NCBI GenBank assembly: GCA_051294905.1
Contig: CM119371.1
Span: forward strand, 18,664,001 to 18,728,000
Reading direction: 5' to 3'
Origin: Botryllus schlosseri
Lineage: Eukaryota
DNA: 64,000 nucleotides
Shown: piece after piece, positions 50,318-62,003 of the stretch
How positions within the stretch are numbered: position 1 is the stretch's first letter
Layout: each line of letters opens with the position of its first letter
Position numbers and translations under genes: made by a program
Notes under the pieces: generated by a model
What the model saw: only the letters and a program-made list of their open reading frames with translations
Database searches by the model: none
Told to the model about the DNA's origin: nothing

Positions 50318-50440
50318 GCCTACGACCATACCACGTTGAATATATACCCGATCTCGTCCGATCTCGGAAGTCAAGTAACGTTGGGCCCGGTTAGTACTTG
50401 CCTGGGTGACCGGCTGGGAATACCGGGTGTAGTAGGCGGC
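50318..50440 (+). rRNA. 5S rRNA variant with 2-nt insertion
   Basis: As 48103. Confidence 0.85.
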
Positions 50441-50495
50441 TTTTTCATTTTTTTCGCACAAACTCGATCAATTTGATCGCTGCGCTGTATTCACG

Positions 50496-51063
50496 GCGTC
50501 CTAAACATAGAAGATATGCGGAAACTAGAAATCGCCAAGTTTATGTATCAGTTTCACTGCGGTCGTTGCCCCGAATACTTCAATGACTTCTTTACCTCTG
50601 AATCAAAAGCGCACAAGTACAACACACGCGCGTCCATGTCGTCCAAATATCATATGATCGACCACGAAGATCATCGCTCCATCAAATATGCCGGACCTGA
50701 TGTGTGGAACAGTATCCCGCCGGCCATCCGACAGTCGACGAGCATGTCCACATTCAAGTCGAAATACAAGCAATTACTACTAAATAAATACAGTACATCC
50801 TCAAGATTACCGGACCACGACTGACCTATCGATCTCGCTTCCCATGACATGCCGCCCTATTTCTTGTCGCATTCTTTTTCTATACTATCTTCTTTACTTT
50901 CATTCAGTGTGCATGCCTCCTCTTTACATCGCCTAGGCCAAGGTGGGTGTCAGATTCCATAGACTACTCCTTGTCGCTTCGACATCTTCCTGTCTTTTCA
51001 TTGTATCGCATTTTTGCGGTGTATTGAACTGATAAAATTGCTAATAAACCAATGATGATGATG
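50496..51063 (+). mobile_element. LINE 3' fragment, copy 2
   Basis: Same junctions as 48281. Confidence 0.9.
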
Positions 51064-51181
51064 ATGAAGTATCGCGCGAAATTTGTAATTGTAGTCGGCC
51101 TAACGCATTTTCATTATATCGCAATCGTCTTAGAGAAACGGACAATGTCACATAAAACGGCAGAAACTGTCACGATCTGTC

Positions 51182-51302
51182 GCCTACGACCATACCACGT
51201 TGAATATACCCGATCTCGTCCGATCTCGGAAGTCAAGCAACGTTGGGCCCGGTTAGTACTTGCATGGGTGACCGGCTGGGAATACCGGGTGTAGTAGGCG
51301 GC
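51182..51302 (+). rRNA. 5S rRNA, consensus (HOR position a)
   Basis: Full-length 5S. Confidence 0.95.
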
Positions 51303-51656
51303 TTTTTCATTTTTTTCGCACAAACTCGATCAATTTGATCGCTGCGCTGTATTCACGTATGAAGTATCGCGCGAAATTTGTAATTGTAGTCGGCCTAACA
51401 CATTTTCATGATATCGAAATCTCGTGCTGTTTTTACATGACGAAAATTCCAATAAAATAACTACTCTGACAGCGAGAGCTTACTTGTCTGTTTTTCGAGC
51501 AGACACAAGAACAGAGCAGGACGCCAATGATATTCGACCTCTAGCTGGTCAGAAAGTGCCTCGGCGCAATAAGACTATCTATACTATTCTGGCGTCTCGT
51601 CGACAGCATGGCGACGTAAATTGTCACTAAAAACGGCACAGATCGTAACCACTGTC

Positions 51657-51777
51657 GCCTACGACCATACCACGTTGAATATACCCGATCTCGTCCGATC
51701 TCGGAAGTCAAGCAATGTTTGGCCCGGTTAGTACTTGCATGGGTGACCGGCTGGGAATACCGGGTGTAGTAGGCGGC
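51657..51777 (+). rRNA. 5S rRNA variant b (CAATGTTTGG)
   Basis: Two substitutions. Confidence 0.9.
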
Positions 51778-51951
51778 TTTTTCATTTTTTTCGCACAAAC
51801 TCGATCAATTTGATCGCTGCGCTGTATTCACGTATGAAGTATCGCGCGAAATTTGTAATTGTAGTCGGCCTAACGCATTTTCATTATATCGCAATCGTCT
51901 TAGAGAAACGGACAATGTCACATAAAACGGCAGAAACTGTCACGATCTGTC

Positions 51952-52072
51952 GCCTACGACCATACCACGTTGAATATACCCGATCTCGTCCGATCTCGGA
52001 AGTCAAGTAACGTTGGGCCCGGTTAGTAATTGCATGGGTGACCGGCTGGGAATACCGGGTGTAGTAGGCGGC
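51952..52072 (+). rRNA. 5S rRNA variant c (AAGTAA, AGTAATTG)
   Basis: Box A and loop E region substitutions. Confidence 0.9.
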
Positions 52073-52247
52073 TTTTTCATTTTTTTTCGCACAAACTCGA
52101 TCAATTTGATCGCTGCGCTGTATTCACGTATGAAGTATCGCGCGAAATTTGTAATTGTAGTCGGCCTAACGCATTTTCATTATATCGCAATCGTCTAAAA
52201 GAAACGGATAATGTCACATAAAACAGCAGAAACTGACACGATCTGTC

Positions 52248-52358
52248 GCCTACGACCATACCACGTTGAATATACCCGATCTCGGAAGTCAAGTAACGTT
52301 GGGCCCGGTTAGTACTTGCATGGGTGACCGGCTGGGAATACCGGGTGTAGTAGGCGGC
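52248..52358 (+). pseudogene. 5S rRNA pseudogene d (10-nt deletion)
   Basis: CCGATCTCG-T-CCGATCTCG collapsed to one copy. Confidence 0.85.
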
Positions 52359-52413
52359 TTTTTCATTTTTTTCGCACAAACTCGATCAATTTGATCGCTG
52401 CGCTGTATTCACG

Positions 52414-52981
52414 GCGTCCTAAACATAGAAGATATGCGGAAACTAGAAATCGCCAAGTTTATGTATCAGTTTCACTGCGGTCGTTGCCCCGAATACTTCA
52501 ATGACTTCTTTACCTCTGAATCAAAAGCGCACAAGTACAACACACGCGCGTCCATGTCGTCCAAATATCATATGATCGACCACGAAGATCATCGCTCCAT
52601 CAAATATGCCGGACCTGATGTGTGGAACAGTATCCCGCCGGCCATCCGACAGTCGACGAGCATGTCCACATTCAAGTCGAAATACAAGCAATTACTACTA
52701 AATAAATACAGTACATCCTCAAGATTACCGGACCACGACTGACCTATCGATCTCGCTTCCCATGACATGCCGCCCTATTTCTTGTCGCATTCTTTTTCTA
52801 TACTATCTTCTTTACTTTCATTCAGTGTGCATGCCTCCTCTTTACATCGCCTAGGCCAAGGTGGGTGTCAGATTCCATAGACTACTCCTTGTCGCTTCGA
52901 CATCTTCCTGTCTTTTCATTGTATCGCATTTTTGCGGTGTATTGAACTGATAAAATTGCTAATAAACCAATGATGATGATG
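52414..52981 (+). mobile_element. LINE 3' fragment, copy 3
   Basis: Same junctions as 48281. Confidence 0.9.
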
Positions 52982-53099
52982 ATGAAGTATCGCGCGAAAT
53001 TTGTAATTGTAGTCGGCCTAACGCATTTTCATTATATCGCAATCGTCTTAGAGAAACGGACAATGTCACATAAAACGGCAGAAACTGTCACGATCTGTC

Positions 53100-53220
53100 G
53101 CCTACGACCATACCACGTTGAATATACCCGATCTCGTCCGATCTCGGAAGTCAAGCAACGTTGGGCCCGGTTAGTACTTGCATGGGTGACCGGCTGGGAA
53201 TACCGGGTGTAGTAGGCGGC
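53100..53220 (+). rRNA. 5S rRNA, consensus (a)
   Basis: Full-length 5S. Confidence 0.95.
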
Positions 53221-53574
53221 TTTTTCATTTTTTTCGCACAAACTCGATCAATTTGATCGCTGCGCTGTATTCACGTATGAAGTATCGCGCGAAATTTGTA
53301 ATTGTAGTCGGCCTAACACATTTTCATGATATCGAAATCTCGTGCTGTCTTTACATGACGAAAATTCCAATAAAATAACTACTCTGACAGCGAGAGCTTA
53401 CTTGTCTGTTTTTCGAGCAGACACAAGAACAGAGCAGGACGCCAATGATATTCGACCTCTAGTTGGTCAGAAAGTGCCTCGGCGCAATAAGACTATCTAT
53501 ACTATTCTGGCGTCTCGTCGACAGCATGGCGACGTAAATTGTCACTAAAAACGGCACAGATCGTAACCACTGTC

Positions 53575-53695
53575 GCCTACGACCATACCACGTTGAATAT
53601 ACCCGATCTCGTCCGATCTCGGAAGTCAAGCAATGTTTGGCCCGGTTAGTACTTGCATGGGTGACCGGCTGGGAATACCGGGTGTAGTAGGCGGC
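53575..53695 (+). rRNA. 5S rRNA variant b
   Basis: As 51657. Confidence 0.9.
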
Positions 53696-53869
53696 TTTTT
53701 CATTTTTTTCGCACAAACTCGATCAATTTGATCGCTGCGCTGTATTCACGTATGAAGTATCGCGCGAAATTTGTAATTGTAGTCGGCCTAACGCATTTTC
53801 ATTATATCGCAATCGTCTTAGAGAAACGGACAATGTCACATAAAACGGCAGAAACTGTCACGATCTGTC

Positions 53870-53990
53870 GCCTACGACCATACCACGTTGAATATACCCG
53901 ATCTCGTCCGATCTCGGAAGTCAAGTAACGTTGGGCCCGGTTAGTAATTGCATGGGTGACCGGCTGGGAATACCGGGTGTAGTAGGCGGC
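53870..53990 (+). rRNA. 5S rRNA variant c
   Basis: As 51952. Confidence 0.9.
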
Positions 53991-54165
53991 TTTTTCATTT
54001 TTTTTCGCACAAACTCGATCAATTTGATCGCTGCGCTGTATTCACGTATGAAGTATCGCGCGAAATTTGTAATTGTAGTCGGCCTAACGCATTTTCATTA
54101 TATCGCAATCGTCTAAAAGAAACGGATAATGTCACATAAAACAGCAGAAACTGACACGATCTGTC

Positions 54166-54276
54166 GCCTACGACCATACCACGTTGAATATACCCGATCT
54201 CGGAAGTCAAGTAACGTTGGGCCCGGTTAGTACTTGCCTGGGTGACCGGCTGGGAATACCGGGTGTAGTAGGCGGC
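54166..54276 (+). pseudogene. 5S rRNA pseudogene d (also GCCTGGG)
   Basis: 10-nt deletion. Confidence 0.85.
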
Positions 54277-54331
54277 TTTTTCATTTTTTTCGCACAAACT
54301 CGATCAATTTGATCGCTGCGCTGTATTCACG

Positions 54332-54899
54332 GCGTCCTAAACATAGAAGATATGCGGAAACTAGAAATCGCCAAGTTTATGTATCAGTTTCACTGCGGTC
54401 GTTGCCCCGAATACTTCAATGACTTCTTTACCTCTGAATCAAAAGCGCACAAGTACAACACACGCGCGTCCATGTCGTCCAAATATCATATGATCGACCA
54501 CGAAGATCATCGCTCCATCAAATATGCCGGACCTGATGTGTGGAACAGTATCCCGCCGGCCATCCGACAGTCGACGAGCATGTCCACATTCAAGTCGAAA
54601 TACAAGCAATTACTACTAAATAAATACAGTACATCCTCAAGATTACCGGACCACGACTGACCTATCGATCTCGCTTCCCATGACATGCCGCCCTATTTCT
54701 TGTCGCATTCTTTTTCTATACTATCTTCTTTACTTTCATTCAGTGTGCATGCCTCCTCTTTACATCGCCTAGGCCAAGGTGGGTGTCAGATTCCATAGAC
54801 TACTCCTTGTCGCTTCGACATCTTCCTGTCTTTTCATTGTATCGCATTTTTGCGGTGTATTGAACTGATAAAATTGCTAATAAACCAATGATGATGATG
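54332..54899 (+). mobile_element. LINE 3' fragment, copy 4
   Basis: Same junctions. Confidence 0.9.
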
Positions 54900-55017
54900 A
54901 TGAAGTATCGCGCGAAATTTGTAATTGTAGTCGGCCTAACGCATTTTCATTATATCGCAATCGTCTTAGAGAAACGGACAATGTCACATAAAACGGCAGA
55001 AACTGTCACGATCTGTC

Positions 55018-55138
55018 GCCTACGACCATACCACGTTGAATATACCCGATCTCGTCCGATCTCGGAAGTCAAGCAACGTTGGGCCCGGTTAGTACTTGCA
55101 TGGGTGACCGGCTGGGAATACCGGGTGTAGTAGGCGGC
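55018..55138 (+). rRNA. 5S rRNA, consensus (a)
   Basis: Full-length 5S. Confidence 0.95.
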
Positions 55139-55492
55139 TTTTTCATTTTTTTCGCACAAACTCGATCAATTTGATCGCTGCGCTGTATTCACGTATGAAG
55201 TATCGCGCGAAATTTGTAATTGTAGTCGGCCTAACACATTTTCATGATATCGAAATCTCGTGCTGTTTTTACATGACGAAAATTCCAATAAAATAACTAC
55301 TCTGACAGCGAGAGCTTACTTGTCTGTTTTTCGAGCAGACACAAGAACAGAGCAGGACGCCAATGATATTCGACCTCTAGTTGGTCAGAAAGTGCCTCGG
55401 CGCAATAAGACTATCTATACTATTCTGGCGTCTCGTCGACAGCATGGCGACGTAAATTGTCACTAAAAACGGCACAGATCGTAACCACTGTC

Positions 55493-55613
55493 GCCTACGA
55501 CCATACCACGTTGAATATACCCGATCTCGTCCGATCTCGGAAGTCAAGCAATGTTTGGCCCGGTTAGTACTTGCATGGGTGACCGGCTGGGAATACCGGG
55601 TGTAGTAGGCGGC
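55493..55613 (+). rRNA. 5S rRNA variant b
   Basis: As 51657. Confidence 0.9.
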
Positions 55614-55787
55614 TTTTTCATTTTTTTCGCACAAACTCGATCAATTTGATCGCTGCGCTGTATTCACGTATGAAGTATCGCGCGAAATTTGTAATTGTAG
55701 TCGGCCTAACGCATTTTCATTATATCGCAATCGTCTTAGAGAAACGGACAATGTCACATAAAACGGCAGAAACTGTCACGATCTGTC

Positions 55788-55908
55788 GCCTACGACCATA
55801 CCACGTTGAATATACCCGATCTCGTCCGATCTCGGAAGTCAAGTAACGTTGGGCCCGGTTAGTAATTGCATGGGTGACCGGCTGGGAATACCGGGTGTAG
55901 TAGGCGGC
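55788..55908 (+). rRNA. 5S rRNA variant c
   Basis: As 51952. Confidence 0.9.
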
Positions 55909-56083
55909 TTTTTCATTTTTTTTCGCACAAACTCGATCAATTTGATCGCTGCGCTGTATTCACGTATGAAGTATCGCGCGAAATTTGTAATTGTAGTCGG
56001 CCTAACGCATTTTCATTATATCGCAATCGTCTAAAAGAAACGGATAATGTCACATAAAACAGCAGAAACTGACACGATCTGTC

Positions 56084-56194
56084 GCCTACGACCATACCAC
56101 GTTGAATATACCCGATCTCGGAAGTCAAGTAACGTTGGGCCCGGTTAGTACTTGCATGGGTGACCGGCTGGGAATACCGGGTGTAGTAGGCGGC
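56084..56194 (+). pseudogene. 5S rRNA pseudogene d
   Basis: 10-nt deletion. Confidence 0.85.
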
Positions 56195-56249
56195 TTTTTC
56201 ATTTTTTTCGCACAAACTCGATCAATTTGATCGCTGCGCTGTATTCACG

Positions 56250-56817
56250 GCGTCCTAAACATAGAAGATATGCGGAAACTAGAAATCGCCAAGTTTATGT
56301 ATCAGTTTCACTGCGGTCGTTGCCCCGAATACTTCAATGACTTCTTTACCTCTGAATCAAAAGCGCACAAGTACAACACACGCGCGTCCATGTCGTCCAA
56401 ATATCATATGATCGACCACGAAGATCATCGCTCCATCAAATATGCCGGACCTGATGTGTGGAACAGTATCCCGCCGGCCATCCGACAGTCGACGAGCATG
56501 TCCACATTCAAGTCGAAATACAAGCAATTACTACTAAATAAATACAGTACATCCTCAAGATTACCGGACCACGACTGACCTATCGATCTCGCTTCCCATG
56601 ACATGCCGCCCTATTTCTTGTCGCATTCTTTTTCTATACTATCTTCTTTACTTTCATTCAGTGTGCATGCCTCCTCTTTACATCGCCTAGGCCAAGGTGG
56701 GTGTCAGATTCCATAGACTACTCCTTGTCGCTTCGACATCTTCCTGTCTTTTCATTGTATCGCATTTTTGCGGTGTATTGAACTGATAAAATTGCTAATA
56801 AACCAATGATGATGATG
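56250..56817 (+). mobile_element. LINE 3' fragment, copy 5
   Basis: Same junctions. Confidence 0.9.
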
Positions 56818-56935
56818 ATGAAGTATCGCGCGAAATTTGTAATTGTAGTCGGCCTAACGCATTTTCATTATATCGCAATCGTCTTAGAGAAACGGACAAT
56901 GTCACATAAAACGGCAGAAACTGTCACGATCTGTC

Positions 56936-57056
56936 GCCTACGACCATACCACGTTGAATATACCCGATCTCGTCCGATCTCGGAAGTCAAGCAACGTTGG
57001 GCCCGGTTAGTACTTGCATGGGTGACCGGCTGGGAATACCGGGTGTAGTAGGCGGC
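56936..57056 (+). rRNA. 5S rRNA, consensus (a)
   Basis: Full-length 5S. Confidence 0.95.
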
Positions 57057-57410
57057 TTTTTCATTTTTTTCGCACAAACTCGATCAATTTGATCGCTGCG
57101 CTGTATTCACGTATGAAGTATCGCGCGAAATTTGTAATTGTAGTCGGCCTAACACATTTTCATGATATCGAAATCTCGTGCTGTCTTTACATGACGAAAA
57201 TTCCAATAAAATAACTACTCTGACAGCGAGAGCTTACTTGTCTGTTTTTCGAGCAGACACAAGAACAGAGCAGGACGCCAATGATATTCGACCTCTAGTT
57301 GGTCAGAAAGTGCCTCGGCGCAATAAGACTATCTATACTATTCTGGCGTCTCGTCGACAGCATGGCGACGTAAATTGTCACTAAAAACGGCACAGATCGT
57401 AACCACTGTC

Positions 57411-57531
57411 GCCTACGACCATACCACGTTGAATATACCCGATCTCGTCCGATCTCGGAAGTCAAGCAATGTTTGGCCCGGTTAGTACTTGCATGGGTGA
57501 CCGGCTGGGAATACCGGGTGTAGTAGGCGGC
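57411..57531 (+). rRNA. 5S rRNA variant b
   Basis: As 51657. Confidence 0.9.
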
Positions 57532-57705
57532 TTTTTCATTTTTTTCGCACAAACTCGATCAATTTGATCGCTGCGCTGTATTCACGTATGAAGTATCGCG
57601 CGAAATTTGTAATTGTAGTCGGCCTAACGCATTTTCATTATATCGCAATCGTCTTAGAGAAACGGACAATGTCACATAAAACGGCAGAAACTGTCACGAT
57701 CTGTC

Positions 57706-57826
57706 GCCTACGACCATACCACGTTGAATATACCCGATCTCGTCCGATCTCGGAAGTCAAGTAACGTTGGGCCCGGTTAGTAATTGCATGGGTGACCGGC
57801 TGGGAATACCGGGTGTAGTAGGCGGC
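57706..57826 (+). rRNA. 5S rRNA variant c
   Basis: As 51952. Confidence 0.9.
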
Positions 57827-58001
57827 TTTTTCATTTTTTTTCGCACAAACTCGATCAATTTGATCGCTGCGCTGTATTCACGTATGAAGTATCGCGCGAA
57901 ATTTGTAATTGTAGTCGGCCTAACGCATTTTCATTATATCGCAATCGTCTAAAAGAAACGGATAATGTCACATAAAACAGCAGAAACTGACACGATCTGT
58001 C

Positions 58002-58112
58002 GCCTACGACCATACCACGTTGAATATACCCGATCTCGGAAGTCAAGTAACGTTGGGCCCGGTTAGTACTTGCATGGGTGACCGGCTGGGAATACCGGGT
58101 GTAGTAGGCGGC
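58002..58112 (+). pseudogene. 5S rRNA pseudogene d
   Basis: 10-nt deletion. Confidence 0.85.
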
Positions 58113-58167
58113 TTTTTCATTTTTTTCGCACAAACTCGATCAATTTGATCGCTGCGCTGTATTCACG

Positions 58168-58735
58168 GCGTCCTAAACATAGAAGATATGCGGAAACTAG
58201 AAATCGCCAAGTTTATGTATCAGTTTCACTGCGGTCGTTGCCCCGAATACTTCAATGACTTCTTTACCTCTGAATCAAAAGCGCACAAGTACAACACACG
58301 CGCGTCCATGTCGTCCAAATATCATATGATCGACCACGAAGATCATCGCTCCATCAAATATGCCGGACCTGATGTGTGGAACAGTATCCCGCCGGCCATC
58401 CGACAGTCGACGAGCATGTCCACATTCAAGTCGAAATACAAGCAATTACTACTAAATAAATACAGTACATCCTCAAGATTACCGGACCACGACTGACCTA
58501 TCGATCTCGCTTCCCATGACATGCCGCCCTATTTCTTGTCGCATTCTTTTTCTATACTATCTTCTTTACTTTCATTCAGTGTGCATGCCTCCTCTTTACA
58601 TCGCCTAGGCCAAGGTGGGTGTCAGATTCCATAGACTACTCCTTGTCGCTTCGACATCTTCCTGTCTTTTCATTGTATCGCATTTTTGCGGTGTATTGAA
58701 CTGATAAAATTGCTAATAAACCAATGATGATGATG
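58168..58735 (+). mobile_element. LINE 3' fragment, copy 6
   Basis: Same junctions. Confidence 0.9.
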
Positions 58736-58853
58736 ATGAAGTATCGCGCGAAATTTGTAATTGTAGTCGGCCTAACGCATTTTCATTATATCGCAATCGT
58801 CTTAGAGAAACGGACAATGTCACATAAAACGGCAGAAACTGTCACGATCTGTC

Positions 58854-58974
58854 GCCTACGACCATACCACGTTGAATATACCCGATCTCGTCCGATCTCG
58901 GAAGTCAAGCAACGTTGGGCCCGGTTAGTACTTGCATGGGTGACCGGCTGGGAATACCGGGTGTAGTAGGCGGC
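58854..58974 (+). rRNA. 5S rRNA, consensus (a)
   Basis: Full-length 5S. Confidence 0.95.
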
Positions 58975-59328
58975 TTTTTCATTTTTTTCGCACAAACTCG
59001 ATCAATTTGATCGCTGCGCTGTATTCACGTATGAAGTATCGCGCGAAATTTGTAATTGTAGTCGGCCTAACACATTTTCATGATATCGAAATCTCGTGCT
59101 GTCTTTACATGACGAAAATTCCAATAAAATAACTACTCTGACAGCGAGAGCTTACTTGTCTGTTTTTCGAGCAGACACAAGAACAGAGCAGGACGCCAAT
59201 GATATTCGACCTCTAGTTGGTCAGAAAGTGCCTCGGCGCAATAAGACTATCTATACTATTCTGGCGTCTCGTCGACAGCATGGCGACGTAAATTGTCACT
59301 AAAAACGGCACAGATCGTAACCACTGTC

Positions 59329-59449
59329 GCCTACGACCATACCACGTTGAATATACCCGATCTCGTCCGATCTCGGAAGTCAAGCAATGTTTGGCCCGGT
59401 TAGTACTTGCATGGGTGACCGGCTGGGAATACCGGGTGTAGTAGGCGGC
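59329..59449 (+). rRNA. 5S rRNA variant b
   Basis: As 51657. Confidence 0.9.
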
Positions 59450-59623
59450 TTTTTCATTTTTTTCGCACAAACTCGATCAATTTGATCGCTGCGCTGTATT
59501 CACGTATGAAGTATCGCGCGAAATTTGTAATTGTAGTCGGCCTAACGCATTTTCATTATATCGCAATCGTCTTAGAGAAACGGACAATGTCACATAAAAC
59601 GGCAGAAACTGTCACGATCTGTC

Positions 59624-59744
59624 GCCTACGACCATACCACGTTGAATATACCCGATCTCGTCCGATCTCGGAAGTCAAGTAACGTTGGGCCCGGTTAGTA
59701 ATTGCATGGGTGACCGGCTGGGAATACCGGGTGTAGTAGGCGGC
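59624..59744 (+). rRNA. 5S rRNA variant c
   Basis: As 51952. Confidence 0.9.
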
Positions 59745-59919
59745 TTTTTCATTTTTTTTCGCACAAACTCGATCAATTTGATCGCTGCGCTGTATTCACG
59801 TATGAAGTATCGCGCGAAATTTGTAATTGTAGTCGGCCTAACGCATTTTCATTATATCGCAATCGTCTAAAAGAAACGGATAATGTCACATAAAACAGCA
59901 GAAACTGACACGATCTGTC

Positions 59920-60030
59920 GCCTACGACCATACCACGTTGAATATACCCGATCTCGGAAGTCAAGTAACGTTGGGCCCGGTTAGTACTTGCATGGGTGAC
60001 CGGCTGGGAATACCGGGTGTAGTAGGCGGC
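59920..60030 (+). pseudogene. 5S rRNA pseudogene d
   Basis: 10-nt deletion. Confidence 0.85.
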
Positions 60031-60085
60031 TTTTTCATTTTTTTCGCACAAACTCGATCAATTTGATCGCTGCGCTGTATTCACG

Positions 60086-60653
60086 GCGTCCTAAACATAG
60101 AAGATATGCGGAAACTAGAAATCGCCAAGTTTATGTATCAGTTTCACTGCGGTCGTTGCCCCGAATACTTCAATGACTTCTTTACCTCTGAATCAAAAGC
60201 GCACAAGTACAACACACGCGCGTCCATGTCGTCCAAATATCATATGATCGACCACGAAGATCATCGCTCCATCAAATATGCCGGACCTGATGTGTGGAAC
60301 AGTATCCCGCCGGCCATCCGACAGTCGACGAGCATGTCCACATTCAAGTCGAAATACAAGCAATTACTACTAAATAAATACAGTACATCCTCAAGATTAC
60401 CGGACCACGACTGACCTATCGATCTCGCTTCCCATGACATGCCGCCCTATTTCTTGTCGCATTCTTTTTCTATACTATCTTCTTTACTTTCATTCAGTGT
60501 GCATGCCTCCTCTTTACATCGCCTAGGCCAAGGTGGGTGTCAGATTCCATAGACTACTCCTTGTCGCTTCGACATCTTCCTGTCTTTTCATTGTATCGCA
60601 TTTTTGCGGTGTATTGAACTGATAAAATTGCTAATAAACCAATGATGATGATG
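60086..60653 (+). mobile_element. LINE 3' fragment, copy 7
   Basis: Same junctions. Confidence 0.9.
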
Positions 60654-60771
60654 ATGAAGTATCGCGCGAAATTTGTAATTGTAGTCGGCCTAACGCATTT
60701 TCATTATATCGCAATCGTCTTAGAGAAACGGACAATGTCACATAAAACGGCAGAAACTGTCACGATCTGTC

Positions 60772-60892
60772 GCCTACGACCATACCACGTTGAATATACC
60801 CGATCTCGTCCGATCTCGGAAGTCAAGCAACGTTGGGCCCGGTTAGTACTTGCATGGGTGACCGGCTGGGAATACCGGGTGTAGTAGGCGGC
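60772..60892 (+). rRNA. 5S rRNA, consensus (a)
   Basis: Full-length 5S. Confidence 0.95.
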
Positions 60893-61246
60893 TTTTTCAT
60901 TTTTTTCGCACAAACTCGATCAATTTGATCGCTGCGCTGTATTCACGTATGAAGTATCGCGCGAAATTTGTAATTGTAGTCGGCCTAACACATTTTCATG
61001 ATATCGAAATCTCGTGCTGTCTTTACATGACGAAAATTCCAATAAAATAACTACTCTGACAGCGAGAGCTTACTTGTCTGTTTTTCGAGCAGACACAAGA
61101 ACAGAGCAGGACGCCAATGATATTCGACCTCTAGTTGGTCAGAAAGTGCCTCGGCGCAATAAGACTATCTATACTATTCTGGCGTCTCGTCGACAGCATG
61201 GCGACGTAAATTGTCACTAAAAACGGCACAGATCGTAACCACTGTC

Positions 61247-61367
61247 GCCTACGACCATACCACGTTGAATATACCCGATCTCGTCCGATCTCGGAAGTCA
61301 AGCAATGTTTGGCCCGGTTAGTACTTGCATGGGTGACCGGCTGGGAATACCGGGTGTAGTAGGCGGC
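61247..61367 (+). rRNA. 5S rRNA variant b
   Basis: As 51657. Confidence 0.9.
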
Positions 61368-61541
61368 TTTTTCATTTTTTTCGCACAAACTCGATCAATT
61401 TGATCGCTGCGCTGTATTCACGTATGAAGTATCGCGCGAAATTTGTAATTGTAGTCGGCCTAACGCATTTTCATTATATCGCAATCGTCTTAGAGAAACG
61501 GACAATGTCACATAAAACGGCAGAAACTGTCACGATCTGTC

Positions 61542-61662
61542 GCCTACGACCATACCACGTTGAATATACCCGATCTCGTCCGATCTCGGAAGTCAAGTAA
61601 CGTTGGGCCCGGTTAGTAATTGCATGGGTGACCGGCTGGGAATACCGGGTGTAGTAGGCGGC
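61542..61662 (+). rRNA. 5S rRNA variant c
   Basis: As 51952. Confidence 0.9.
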
Positions 61663-61837
61663 TTTTTCATTTTTTTTCGCACAAACTCGATCAATTTGAT
61701 CGCTGCGCTGTATTCACGTATGAAGTATCGCGCGAAATTTGTAATTGTAGTCGGCCTAACGCATTTTCATTATATCGCAATCGTCTAAAAGAAACGGATA
61801 ATGTCACATAAAACAGCAGAAACTGACACGATCTGTC

Positions 61838-61948
61838 GCCTACGACCATACCACGTTGAATATACCCGATCTCGGAAGTCAAGTAACGTTGGGCCCGGTT
61901 AGTACTTGCATGGGTGACCGGCTGGGAATACCGGGTGTAGTAGGCGGC
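61838..61948 (+). pseudogene. 5S rRNA pseudogene d
   Basis: 10-nt deletion. Confidence 0.85.
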
Positions 61949-62003
61949 TTTTTCATTTTTTTCGCACAAACTCGATCAATTTGATCGCTGCGCTGTATTC
62001 ACG

